In this document: piece by piece, positions 1 to 11,833 of the stretch | How the letters are laid out: the number at the start of each line of letters is the position of its first letter | Numbering within the stretch: position 1 is the stretch's first letter | Assembly (NCBI GenBank): GCA_946965045.2 | Contig: OX337235.1 | Span: forward strand, 1,674,001-1,738,000 | Reading direction: 5' to 3' | DNA length: 64,000 nt | From: Epithemia pelagica | Taxonomy: Eukaryota > Protista > Bacillariophyta | The notes under the pieces: generated by a model | The model's database searches: none | The model's input: the letters and a program-made list of their open reading frames with translations, nothing else | What the model was told of the DNA's origin: nothing | Translations under genes and position numbers: made by a program

Positions 1-692
1 CCAAGTCGTACGAGCTGACCTGAAGGAACTATGGGATATGGATCTGCAAGGTACGTCGTATTGAGTGGTAATGGTAATGTGGAGGGAATTTGGAAAAGCG
101 AATCTCAACTTTTGCTTACAGGTGCACCTTATGGCTACACGCCATTCTGTTCGTCGCGCGAGACGACAATAGGTTACCAGTTCTGGAGAGAAGGTTTCTG
201 GAAAACTCATCTGAGAGGAAAGCCATACGTAAGTTTGATCGAAGGAGGAGCGCATTGTTCTGGGTAAAGAAATACAAGTGATGCTCACGGCTACACTTCC
301 TTTTGTAGCATATTTCCGCTCTGTATGTTGTTGACCTTGTAAGGTTCAGAGAGGAGCTGGTTGGAGATCAACTAAGGTCGACTTACCAACAGCTCTCCGC
401 TGACCCCAATAGCTTGGCCAACTTGGACCAAGACTTACCGAACTACGCACAACATCAAGTCAGAATTTTCAGCTTGCCGCAGGAATGGCTTTGGTGCGAA
501 TCATGGTGCTCTGATGAGACGAAGGCTACTGCCAAGACCATCGACCTTTGCAACAATCCATTACACAAAGAGCCGAAAGTTTCGATGGCGAAGCGAATCA
601 TTGACGGCCCCTTGTTCAATGAAAGTTGGGTAGAGCTTGATGCTGAAGTGGAGATGTACGAGAAGGAGTACTTGAACGCTCTTGGGGCATAG
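1..692 (+). CDS. UGGT: UDP-glucose:glycoprotein glucosyltransferase, C-terminal GT24 domain (5'-partial; exons <1-50, 122-228, 309-692)
   Basis: Spliced translation [26 protein letters not shown]...[13 protein letters not shown]...[11 protein letters not shown]...[12 protein letters not shown]...[10 protein letters not shown] is the UGGT/Kre5 catalytic signature. GT-AG introns at 51-121 and 229-308 keep the frame. Confidence 0.95.
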
Positions 693-924
693 AATGGCCA
701 ATTGGAACATAACCGATCCCTATATTTTCTGAACTACCAAAAATCTTCTTGCCAAATTTTTGAGAAGGGTAGATTGCGATATCATTAGACCGTCTCCTGT
801 ATCTTCGAAACAAGACAGCCTCTTTTTCCTCACTAAGAAGTATAAGGCCAATTTCTCCTTTCAGAGATACGGGGATCCGATGGATGATCCATCCGATTCC
901 GACATAGCATACCCGTAATTGGAA

Positions 925-1560
925 CTACTCTTGCCCTTCTTCAGACGTTTTGGCCTCTTTTGCAGCCTTTCTCGCTTTTCTTCTCTCTTCTGCCAACTTC
1001 TTTTTCTCCTCCTTTGTCAATTTCTTTTCAAAAAGGCCTTGAACTTCTGTAGCGGACGCCTCTGCTTCGGGCGTAGCTGCGTTGTCCTTTCTTGGTTTAG
1101 TTGCTGGAGGTGCCTCCCCAACGGCAATGGAGTCCGGAATCTGGACAGCGATACCAGCTGCACCTCCAGACCACCCAAGCATACGAGAATCACAAAGCAT
1201 GCCTTCGGAAACTACACCGCCCACAGTTGTCTTTTTTATTTCCATTTCCTCGCCCTCTTCGTCCAGGACTTTTGAACCAATCGGTGCGACAGCGACCCTG
1301 TCCACATTCCACACAATGGTGATGCGAATGCTGTTCAGTTTACAATCGCTGAAAGTGCTCGCAGCGATTTACGGATTGAAGCACACTCACCTGGATCCTT
1401 CCCGTACATTGGATGCCGACGTGACGACTACAATGGGATTGTCTTCATCTCCGATGTTGATTTGACAAGCCCTCAAGCCCTTGGATTTTCCACCACTTGC
1501 ACAATCTTCTACATTGAGAACAATGCCAACTTTGTAGAGCGACAACAAGTGTTCAGGCAT
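925..1560 (-). CDS. tRNA-binding OB-fold domain protein (Trbp111/EMAPII/PheT-like) with Lys/Glu-rich tail; intron 1298-1390
   Basis: YKVGIVLNVEDC...INIGDEDNPIVVVTSASNVREGSR/VAVAPIG...GVVSEGMLC matches the tRNA_bind fold. GTGAGT...CAG intron joins the two ORFs in frame. Confidence 0.8.
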
Positions 1561-1789
1561 CCCGTATTCTCTCTGACAATGGGTGGGATCGGTCACCCTT
1601 CTATTTACGATCTACGTAAGAAACATTTGGGCACAAAAAAGTGGTGATGGAAACCAAGTCGCGGATAATTTGAATGACAAATCAAACGTGGGCGATGAGG
1701 TGGCATTTCCCAAATTCAAAACATCAATTTACGGAACGCCACACATAGAATGAGAGCAATGGTCATACAAAGGCGGCGTTGTTCTTCTG

Positions 1790-4700
1790 ATGATGTTTGA
1801 TGATATTCTTTTTGTATGTCTGTTTGTCTTGGGCTTTGTGAATGGGGCTAAGGCTTTTGGGGTGAGGAACTTGCCAGAGGTTGATGTACACGTTCACATC
1901 AGATCCGGCAGAGCCTGGTCAAGGGTCCGAACAGGATCGTTCGTACTTTCATCACTTAGCGACGACTCTCCTAACGAAGAATCTTGGCAATCAGGGGGCC
2001 TGGCCGTGTCAGACGCGATACGAGAGGGTCGACAAGCCGGAACTGATGGTTATTCTGTAATACGGCAGCCCTTGTCGCAAGCCAACTGGGATCCAAACGC
2101 TTCCCCAGAGAATGAGGTTCCCCCTTCGTTGCTGGAAGACAATCAATTGCCTGGTAGCACCTCAATCAAAGACGAGCAATGGTGGGAACGATCAACCTTG
2201 AAAAGTTCAAACGAAGCGATTATTGACAAATCACGTCCACCCATGAAGGGCAAGTCGTTGAGTGAAGAAACGACACAGAATAGCCAAGGGGACAGTGAAA
2301 TGGACCATGATCTTGATCTTTTCGAACGAACTTACGACACCTTGGACTTTCCGAGAGTCGTGTGTGCCTTGTCACAAGACTACGTCACAACCATGCCTGC
2401 CAGAAACATTCTTAGTAATCGACAACCCAAGGCTCGAGGCAGCAATCGAACTGATGTTGGATCAGACAGAGCATTTCAACCTTTCTTGTCAAGAACTGCA
2501 AAAGAAGCACGTGAGCGCTACAAAGCTGTGGAGGAACTTCAACAGATTCTGGAGGGACGATCGTCTTCGGGTGAAAATATGTTGGAGGGAGGATACTTCT
2601 ATCGGAACCGCAAAGGCTACAAAGAGCCACTATTGGGTGGGTCAACTCCCTTGTCGGGGAATTCTTTTGCACTCGAACCCATCCTCGAGGCGGCTTCGTC
2701 GGGAGGCTTAGTATTAGAGAGTCATCAGCTTGTCGAGATATCGAGTGCCCTCGATCAAATGCAAGACATACAGTCATGGGGGGAAGCATTGACAAAAGTG
2801 ACGGAGACAGAGTTCGTTGAACTTCCGAAGTTGGTCGAATGCATCAGTGTTAACGAGACTTTGTCGGAGTTGCTTGAAAACGCTCTTGATAAGGATGGAA
2901 GATTGTCTGGAGGGACCTTTCCAACAGTTGGGCGTTTGCGAGCGCAAATAAAGGCCTTGAGAGGTGACATTCTGCAAACGCTCGAAACCTTTGTTCAGTT
3001 GCCCTCAGTTCAGTCTAAGCTTGCCTTGGAGAGTGGAGGACCTCTCGTTTCCGAAATGAATGGTGGTCGTTTGGTTATCCCGCTTCAAGCATCTGATTCT
3101 AAACGAGAAGTATCCTCAGTGGGAATCGTCCACGATACCAGTCGATCAGGAAAGACAGTCTATGTGTAAGTTGCCAGAAACCGCCGAATAGCGGGAAATT
3201 CATCTCCTTTTAGATTAGAAGCTCACCTCACGATCCCACCGTTAATTCCCCTGTTTCCACTACACAGAGAACCAACAGAAATTGTCGGTCCAACCAACGA
3301 GCTTCGCCAAATAGAGGGAGAGCTTCGAAGTGAAGAGGCTCGAATATGGAGGGACCTGACACAACAAGTTCTGGCGAATCGTCGGTCCATTGAGACCTCA
3401 ACCTATGCTGTTGGACAACTGGATCTTGTACAAGCCCGTCTTCGACTGGGTCAATCTTGGCATGGTGTTCTTCCCGTGGTTGAAAACGAGGGATTGGTTC
3501 GCTTGCGCAATGCAAAGCACCCTGTCCTTTTACTTCGAAATGTTGATAACGTGGTCGGCAGCGATATCGATTTAGGCGATAATGGTAACCAAGGACTGGT
3601 TCTTACAGGACCCAACAGCGGTGGAAAAACAGTTATTCTCAAGTTGCTTGGTTTGGTGGCACTACTTGCGCGTTGTGGGGTCCCTGTTCCGGCTTCGCCT
3701 GGAGATTATCAACCAAGAGTTGATTTCTTCGATCCTGTACTAGCGGATATTGGAGACATACAGAGTGTTGGCGGGGACTTATCAACCTTTTCTGGTCATA
3801 TGCTCGTATGCAAACATGTTTTAGAGAATGCAGGTGAAAATGCGCTTATCCTTATGGATGAACTTGGATCAGGCACCGATCCAGCCCAGGGAGTCGCAAT
3901 TGCCCAAGCCCTACTCGAAGCAATTCTAGAAAGAGGTGCTCGTGCTGTCATCACTACACACTACATGCAACTCAAACAACTCGCAGCATCCGATAATCGA
4001 TTCGCAGTTGCGGGCATGCAGTTTGTCAGCGGGCGGCCAACTTACAAACTACTCCCAGGTACTGTCGGAGAATCGTTCGCCTTGGCTGTGGCCGAACGCA
4101 TGGAATTACCACAATCAGTGCTTTCAAGGGCAAATGAGCTGCTTGATTCGGATACTCGACAAATGGGGGATCTCATACGTGAGCTCGAAGACCAGAAAGT
4201 AGTTCTTGACTCTCAATTGGAGGAAATGGAAGAGAAGAAGCTTGATATGGCAAAAATGGAGTTCGAACTGAAAGAGAGGCAAATGAAATTGGAGAGAAAG
4301 CAACTGACTGTGCGACGAGAAGAAGCACGCAAGTTTGCGCTGAAGCTTGAAGAAAAAGAGCAGATACTGGAAGATATTCTTTTGAAGCTAAAGTCTGATC
4401 CATCCCGCAAACTTGTTGCGAAGAGCTGGGACAACATCAAGTTTGTGAAGCGTGATGCCCTTAATGAGGCAGAGAATGTTCCAAGTGTGATTGCGAAGAA
4501 AAAACTAGAAGCTGCTGCAGTTGAAGAAGTTTCAGCAGAGCTTGTCCCCATTGCTGAGATGGGTCCTTATAAACCTCAATTGGAGGCCAACGATGTCGTT
4601 GTTGTTTGCAAGAAGGGACCTTTGTTTGCGAGGGAAGGAACCGTTGCCAAAGTATTGGGAAATCGTGTGGAAGTCTTAGTAAACAATATGAGTGTGGCTT

Positions 4701-5188
4701 TCAAAATGACGGAGATTGCCCTTCCACCAAAGGGTCGTGCTCCAAATAAACCCGACCAAGGCTCAAAACCCAAAGGCAAGTCAACTTCAAGAGCGGTTGA
4801 AAAAGCTCTCGAGCAAGAACGGCGTGGTGCCCGGAGTTCCAAGGAGAGCGACTTCGAAATTGATCAGTCTTCCTTCCATCAACGAAAGAAAACCTCAAGC
4901 TCTGTTACACAAGATGTGACTATGCGCACGCCTGGCAACACGGTCGACGTTCGTGGATGCAATCTCATGGAGGCCCAGGAGAAAATCAAAGACAAATGCA
5001 GCATGATTTTAATGCAAGGGAGGCAGAAAAATCCTATGATTTTTATTTTGCATGGACATGGAACTAATGGTGTTTTGAAATCAAAACTTCGTCAGTGGCT
5101 CAAGTCAGATCGTAGTCTAGTCAAAAGATGGTCCGCGGCTGATGCAGCAGATGGAGGCGACGCGTTCACACGAATGGAACTGAAATGA
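1790..5188 (+). CDS. mutS2: MutS2-like ATPase with C-terminal Smr domain, probably plastid-targeted; intron 3166-3267
   Basis: HDTSRSGKTVYV/EP, Walker A TGPNSGGKT, ADIGDIQSV...LSTFSGH, DELGSGTDP, TTHY, Smr (VDVRG...ILHGHGTNGVLK). N-terminal signal peptide followed by AKA-F. Confidence 0.93.
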
Positions 5189-5458
5189 AAACGACTTTGG
5201 TGTCCATTTGTGACAAAATGGTCCTTGGGCAATAGACCAGGCGAAAAACAGATGCCTGCTTGTGTGGTGGAGAAAATGGAGAACACGCGGTGACAACTCC
5301 ATTACACGCCAAGTAATCTTCGGCGTCAAGATAACGTAATGAGCCCATTTCTAACTTCATCGAACAACTTCTTCGCTTGTCCGTCTTCCGCTCGATCTCA
5401 AGAGAATTCTGAGAGGAACCATATCTTCTAATCTCTAAACACTTTTCGTCCAGATTGT

Positions 5459-6403
5459 CTACGCCTCCCATATTTGTTCTGAAACCTGAGAAGTCTTTGC
5501 GGACCCTAAACGCAGTGCTGCCGTTCGCGCATCCCACGCAAATACCAGCCCAGTACAAGTCAAGATATCGACCGGTGTTCGTCCATCATCTCTGATCCAC
5601 GCAAAGACCATTGATGGTAGCAGTGGGAGCAACGTGTAGACAACAACTTCTTCACCGAGGTGCCGTATTACCACCCGAAAGAAACCGGCACGCGATCCAG
5701 TACCAGAGTTCACCAGAATGATACCTACGATACTCATTCCCACAGTTCGCCGGAATACAGAAAGGAGCGAAACTGTGTATACCAGCCTCCATCCAAAAAA
5801 GGCCAGAAGAACCCAGAACAACTCTAATTCGTAATCAGGATCATCCTTGAAATGACTTGCAACCGCTTCAATAAGAAGGAGAATGACGGTAAAGATCAGG
5901 ACGACAATCAAGAAATCAATAACATAGGTAAATATCCTTGACAAGATGCCACAATATCTGTGTTGAACCTGAACTGCCAGTTCCGTTCGACTGCTTGGAA
6001 AGGGGACTTTGCCTTGTCGTCGTCCAGGTTTGGGTGGCAAATAGACTGTTTGAATACAACAAGCCAATCGTCCAACTCGTTGTACAAATTGATCGACGTA
6101 AACAATTTGTGAGTATACGACATCGAGCATATTGCTGCAAACACCGGCAGAACCCCGAGCAATAATGGCTTCCAGGTTGGAACGTTCAATGAGATGATCG
6201 ATATCAATCCGATCCAAAACGGCATCAAAATCAATCCGATGCAATTGTCGGTCAACATCAACGCGATCCAGAAGAGTATTGATATCGACTCTTTCCAACA
6301 GCTTGTTGATATCAATTCGCTGTATAACTCCATCCACATCTACAACATCCACAATCGGGGATACTACGGCACCGATCTGTTCACCAATGAATCGTTTTGC
6401 CAT
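5459..6403 (-). CDS. RDD-family membrane protein with N-terminal ~9-aa (I/V)DxxxLLxR repeats
   Basis: GILSRIFTYVIDFLIV...TVGMSIVGI...IRH...D pattern typical of the RDD domain. Repeats IDINKLLER VDINTLLDR VDVDRQLHR IDFDAVLDR. No intron needed. Confidence 0.75.
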   Translation of the reverse strand: MAKRFIGEQIGAVVSPIVDVVDVDGVIQRIDINKLLERVDINTLLDRVDVDRQLHRIDFDAVLDRIDIDHLIERSNLEAIIARGSAGVCSNMLDVVYSQIVYVDQFVQRVGRLACCIQTVYLPPKPGRRQGKVPFPSSRTELAVQVQHRYCGILSRIFTYVIDFLIVVLIFTVILLLIEAVASHFKDDPDYELELFWVLLAFFGWRLVYTVSLLSVFRRTVGMSIVGIILVNSGTGSRAGFFRVVIRHLGEEVVVYTLLPLLPSMVFAWIRDDGRTPVDILTCTGLVFAWDARTAALRLGSAKTSQVSEQIWEA

Positions 6404-6534
6404 TTCATTTATCTCTGGCTGGATGTCGAAGTGGAACAGATGAGAAGTATGTCAATGCTTTTTGTACTGATGTTTCACAAAGGATAATACCCTCATCTCA
6501 TGATGAACGCATGCTCTCATCCCAAAGTTGGCGG

Positions 6535-6725
6535 CGAAAGAAATCGCTCATAACATGGCGGTGTACTCACTAGCTTAGGGGTAACTCAGGATTTCATGCA
6601 AAAGAGTGACCATATCGGCCAAGGACTTAGGGGATAAAGTATTATCGCTAGAAGTAGGATGGATCGCCAGTGCGCGTCAGCCTCTTCTGGGTGAACGCAT
6701 GCCGGTTCGTGACAGGAATCTTTCG
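6535..6725 (-). repeat. 3' LTR of outer copia (191 bp)
   Basis: Direct repeat of 18389-18579. Plus-strand ends CGAAAGA...TCTTTCG form a 7-bp inverted repeat. Confidence 0.95.
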
Positions 6726-6726
6726 G

Positions 6727-6733
6727 TCCCCTC
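6727..6733 (-). other. Polypurine tract of outer copia (GAGGGGA)
   Basis: Purine run immediately upstream of the 3' LTR in element sense. Confidence 0.7.
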
Positions 6734-6773
6734 GAAGATATGACACCTAGGTCTCATAGATTCGATTGCTAGG

Positions 6774-9700
6774 TCAATAGGTGAACCGATTCAGCAAGTG
6801 ATCACGTCTCTTCTCTGGCAAAGGCTTGGTGAAAAGGTCGGATAGATTGGTCAGCGTCCCTTCCTTGGCTACTCGCATGGTCTTGGAAGCCACGGCCTCA
6901 CGGGCCCTGTGGTAACATATGGATGTATGCTTCTTCTTGAGTGTTGACTCAGGTATTGTCGTGTTTTTGAAGACAGACTCGTTGTCGCAAAACACGTTTG
7001 TTGGCCCTTCTATCGGAATTCCAAACATTCGGAGTTTGTAGCGCAACGCTTCAATGTGCTCCACTGCTGTTCTCATTGCGATGAACTCGCTTCCGAAGGT
7101 ACTCGTCTCGACGGTATTCTGCCGCTTGCTATACCAGACAATCGGGGCTCGGTTGACAAACAACAATATGCCCGTCTGTGAACGACGAGTGACCTTGTTT
7201 GATGCGTGATCGGCATCCACGAAACAATGAGTAGATACAGGCTGCCCTCTCGGCTCGGGCATGTCCCCAGGAATGGATTCCTTTGCATCTCTGTAAAAAT
7301 CATACCAGTCGTACTGGCTAAAACAACGTTCATCAATCTCCGGATGCATCGGGTCAAACCACAAGCGTCTCTTTGGGAACGCCTTCAGGTACCCAAACAT
7401 TGCATATGCTTGCTGCAGATGACCTTCTCGAGGCATCGCAAGGTATGTTGACATCATCGATGTCTCCAATAGGACATCGACTCGTCCTAGCTCCACTGCC
7501 CACCGGAGGATCCCGATGAGTTCTTGAAATTTCTGGATCCCGTCTGCTTTGAGCTCCGGGTTTGTGTCGTTTTCTGGCCTGTAGCCATACGATAGTGGTG
7601 TTCGACAACCGGTCGGAAGACGCTGGCCCTTTTCGGCAAGTTGTTTCTCGATATTTTCGATAGCTGCACGAACGTATTTCTCGGATGAGATATACCATGC
7701 TTCTCTGCCGTCCATTGACATGGTCCCAAGCTCTGCTCCGAGATACATCTCGGGTGGTTCAATCTTGTCGTCTTTCAACTTGAAGACGGCCTGGACGCTT
7801 TTTAAAACTTTCTTTGAATCATGTGACAACGCCAATAGGTCATCAACATAGCATAGAACGTACTCGTAGTACTTGAAACCGTCCGGCTTCACTGCGGGCC
7901 TCATCCAAAAGTCAGGATCGGCCTTTGATGGCTTGAAACCGATGTCGCACAAGGTCTCAGCCAGATGTGCACGGAAGGCGGCCCCGCTGGACTTGAGTCC
8001 ATACAGAGCTTTCTTGATTATCATGATCGTCCCTTCCTCCGAACCCAGTTCCGGCCCGGCTCTGAACCAGATCTTTTCACGACAGTCGGCCGTCAAGTAG
8101 GCGTTCTGAATATCGCATGCCGAGATACTTAGGTCGTTTAATGCGGCAATGAGGAGGGCAATCCTGACCGAATTGCGGGAAACCACAGAAGAGTATGTTA
8201 GGGACGCCGGAGTCTCGGTGAGGTGTCCCCCGGCGACAAACCTCGCTTTACGACGGAAATTCTCCCCCATCTTAACGTCAAATACAATATGGCAACGTAT
8301 CTGTTGGTATCCGATGGGTATTTCTGATTCGGACTTCTCCCACGCTTGGAAACCAGGACGCACGTTACGCATCTCCTTGCAGATTGCATCCCACCAGAGC
8401 GTGTTTCCATTTTCTCTGTCAAGTTCTTTAGCTTCTTTGACTGATTTCGGAATTCGAATACCAAACTTGTGCGTTCTAAGCCAGTACTTAGACTTGAGCT
8501 TAGAGATGATTCGGTTGCGCTTCTTCAAAACCTTTGGAACCCACCAGGCGAATGCCGGTTCCATTGAGATGCGAGCGGCGACGGCATATTCGGAGACTTG
8601 TACCGGATACGACTCCTTCAAGTCTTTGAGCATGATCCAATTTGTGGATCCGTCCTTCCACTGTACTAAGAGCTCCCAGCCAACGGTCGTTTCCCTGCGT
8701 CGCTTGTTGCCATTGCGCATCGTGACAAAGGCATCTTGCTGGGTCACGGCTTTACTGTTCTTTCTGTAGTCGATAATTTCGTCCAGAAGGACTTGTCGAT
8801 TCCCGTCGTCATCGACCTGAGAAAATAGGTTTTCCGCAATGTAGTTCGCGGCGAGAGCGGTCTTGGTACCGTCTCTAAACTCGACTTCGTACATACGCGT
8901 GTCGAGAATTGGGTTGTCGTGTGCCGTTCCGATTGGGAGACCGTCCTTGTCACGCAACCGTTTCGTGACTTTTGCTAGCATCGGGAAGTCCTCGTCCTGT
9001 TTCGGTAAGGCCACCTCCATATTGACATAGGTGTCGTCAAAAACTTCTGGGGTAAATTCGTCGTCTGCCTCCTTGACCTCATCATTGCTAACGACATCAT
9101 AAAATTCAGCGTGAAAATCAGGGTCATGTTCAAGGGGCGGGAGGTCCCAATCAGTAGGATGGGTTTTGCCTCCGTCGACGAGAAAGTGGGCGGAGTCATG
9201 AAGCTTATCACGGATGAAAGTATCAAACTCTTTGCAACGGTGTTGGACACCGTTTTCTTGCAATTCCAAATTGGTTACCCGAGTTACAGTTGTACGGGAA
9301 ACCACACGCCCAGTATCAGTCAGTATCCAATAAGACATGAGACTCCCGAAACGGTGGGAGACGCCGAGCCATCGTCCAAGACGAGTGGCACCCAGACCGG
9401 CGTTGTCGTTATACCAACACCAGTCATAAAAAGTAAAGTCCAGATACTCGGATATATCTGGCGTTTCGCCAGTCACTCGTTCTAAACTTGTGCGACCGTC
9501 TAAGTCGCCAGATTGCCGCGCGGTCCGCTGCATTGTCTCGCATACCCATCGTATGCCGTAATCCCATAGACGGCGGGGAACGCGTTGTTTGTGCATGACG
9601 CGGAACCACCGCTTGCGAATCTCGCGGATCACACCTTCGACTTTGGACTGATTGTGACGATATGGTTCAGTCACTTGAAGATCAATCGCGTGTTTTCTGA

Positions 9701-10424
9701 CCTGCTCGCGGAAGGTAGTGCGTTTGCCGGTCTGTTCTTTTGACCCGTCACACAGGAGCGAATCCGGGACTCCAAAATCTGAAATGAACTGTTGGAGTCC
9801 TGCTCCGGCATCACTTTTCTTCTCCATTGGATATGCTGCGGCGAAAAAATCTTTGTTCGCGAAGATTTGAGCATGACAGTTTCCATCAAGGGATTTATAC
9901 TGCCCGTCCATGGTATCGGTGAAGACGACATCTTTCAATCGGGGCCGCTCAAACATGCGGTCTGCCCGATAACGTCGTGATAAGGGCAAAATGGCAGATC
10001 GGATCATTCTTTGGGTCGTCGTTGCCAGGGTTTTCTTGGCCTGTTCTAATCCAATGAACCATCGTTCACTGAGAGACTGAGCATTGACAGTACCGCGTCG
10101 CTCGTTGGAAATGAAGGTGCGCTCGGATGGTACGTCCAAGCGAGGGAGAAATTCGGGTTTGACTTCATGATCTGCAATTTGCACACTGGCAATCAATCAG
10201 GACGTCAACTGTTCTGGTTCGTAAATCGTCCCCTTAAAAATGGGCTCAGACGATATGGCCGAAATTTCGATCGTGTCCTCTGTTTGGTTTCGAGGGACGA
10301 TATCTTGATGTGGTTCCCAGTCATGGTGGGAGGAGAGGTGGATGTGCGGCAAATGCTCGAGCTCCCGTTGTGATGGCACTCGAGTGTTGAAATAGATTAT
10401 GGTGCCCTGCGTGTGGAATGGAAT
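6774..10424 (-). pseudogene. pol: Outer copia pol, 3' part (integrase, chromo-like domain, RT, RNase H); internal TGA at 10197-10199
   Basis: INT D,D,E (FTDTMD, CDGSKEQ, KVEGVIRE). RT KARFVAGG, DIQNAY, LYGLKSSG, YVDD. RH DADHA, CDNES, SDLFTKPL. In frame with ORF 10197-10439. Confidence 0.95.
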
Positions 10425-11329
10425 TGTTAGGATTCTCACCTTTAACTAGGTGGTGGTGGAATCTACAACACATTGACTGATGCTAGTATTTTATGGCATC
10501 CGATGACATTTGTGTAAAAGTGAGAAAAGAATGACGGCATGCTCGCGGACCTTTAATTTTGGCCAAGGCATGCTCGCAAGGATTCTCACCTTTAACTAGG
10601 TGGTGGTGGAATCTACAACACATCGACTGATGCTAGTATTTTATGGCATCCGATGACATTTGTGTAAAAGTGAGAAAAGAATGACGGCATGCTCGCGGAC
10701 CTTTAATTTTGGCCAAGGCATGCTCGCAATGCACGCGCTATCGGCGACCGCTCGGATATTGACTATGGCCCATCACGTGCGCGCCCAATATTCTCAAGCG
10801 CGCGCAATCAAGATCCGAGTGAGCACCTCCACGACTTACCTCAACGACCTAAGTAATCAAAGCACGAATCACGATCACGCGAGACCATATTTCCATTCCC
10901 ACAATTCCAAGAATGCAATCAACAACGCGCCAAGAAAACTACCTATATCACAACAAAGCAAGAGCTGTTGGCATTGGTATATGATATACAACTGCATATA
11001 CTTTCAATACAACAATGCAGGTCTACTCCAACCATTTGAGGACCTATCACACCAGATCCATGGCCGTATACAAGAGCCAGGACCTCGACCTTCATCAAAC
11101 ACCTTAGTTAGTAATCATCTCACAATCATTAATATCACCATTTTAACACTCATCTTAAGACTAACCTCTTATCAGTGGACCGACTGCCCCCACCCACGGC
11201 AGACCTCGACTTGCAACTCTTCTCTGACCCGTGGAGGATTGTTGTATCGGTTGGTGATCGATTGTCGGCTCAGCGAGCCTTTTGCCAACTACCTATTACC
11301 CTTCTGAATTCTCAATGAGAGTTCTGCTA
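10425..11329 (+). repeat. 5' LTR of inner element (905 bp; starts TGTTAG, ends CTGCTA), containing a 2 x 150-bp tandem duplication at 10429-10728
   Basis: Direct repeat of 15238-16142. AGGATTCTCACC recurs at 10429 and 10579. Confidence 0.93.
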
Positions 11330-11343
11330 GATTAACAGTCTCA
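11330..11343 (+). other. Putative primer-binding site, complementary to a tRNA-Asn(GUU)-type anticodon arm
   Basis: GATTAACAGTC abuts the LTR end defined by the TSD. Reverse complement GA-CT-GTT-AA-TC has the anticodon stem-loop geometry. Confidence 0.6.
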
Positions 11344-11833
11344 TCGCTCATTGCCCTGCAGTCGCATTGGAGATCATACTTACCCATCTACATTGAGTAC
11401 AGATTGAGCTACACCAACAAACAAGAGTTAGAGGACAAAGCTACCCAACCCAACAACAGGGCCAGCCTGGCTAAGGCTAGGGTCATCAACCCTCTCCTAT
11501 TCCAGGACCTCAAGCTGGACCAGGACTTCGTGCAACTACCTTCCCAAAACTCACCTGACCAGTACTTTGCTGAGGACTACGAGCAAGACGAGGAAGCTAC
11601 CATTATTCCTGACTCCCCGGTTCAACTCGATCACCGCAACGAGTCCGGAAGTGACCAAGGATAAGTATCTTTAAGTAGTTTCCACAACAAACCAGAGACA
11701 AAACCGAGTTCCGCACATCCGGGTTCCCAGCACAACACACATCCGGGTACTGACATACGTGGCACACACGTGGTACATCCGGGTTCAGATCACACCACAC
11801 ATTAAATAAACAACGAACCAACCATATACTACC

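Noticed and set aside
6700-6715. Internal TGTCACGA (minus strand) as a canonical LTR start
   Set aside because: LTR identity, the PPT and the TSD all extend about 11 bp beyond it, and no matching CA end gives a TSD.
10660-11307. 215-aa ORF, repeated identically at 15473-16120
   Set aside because: It lies wholly inside the LTRs, starts at TTG and has no motifs. The duplication only reflects LTR identity.
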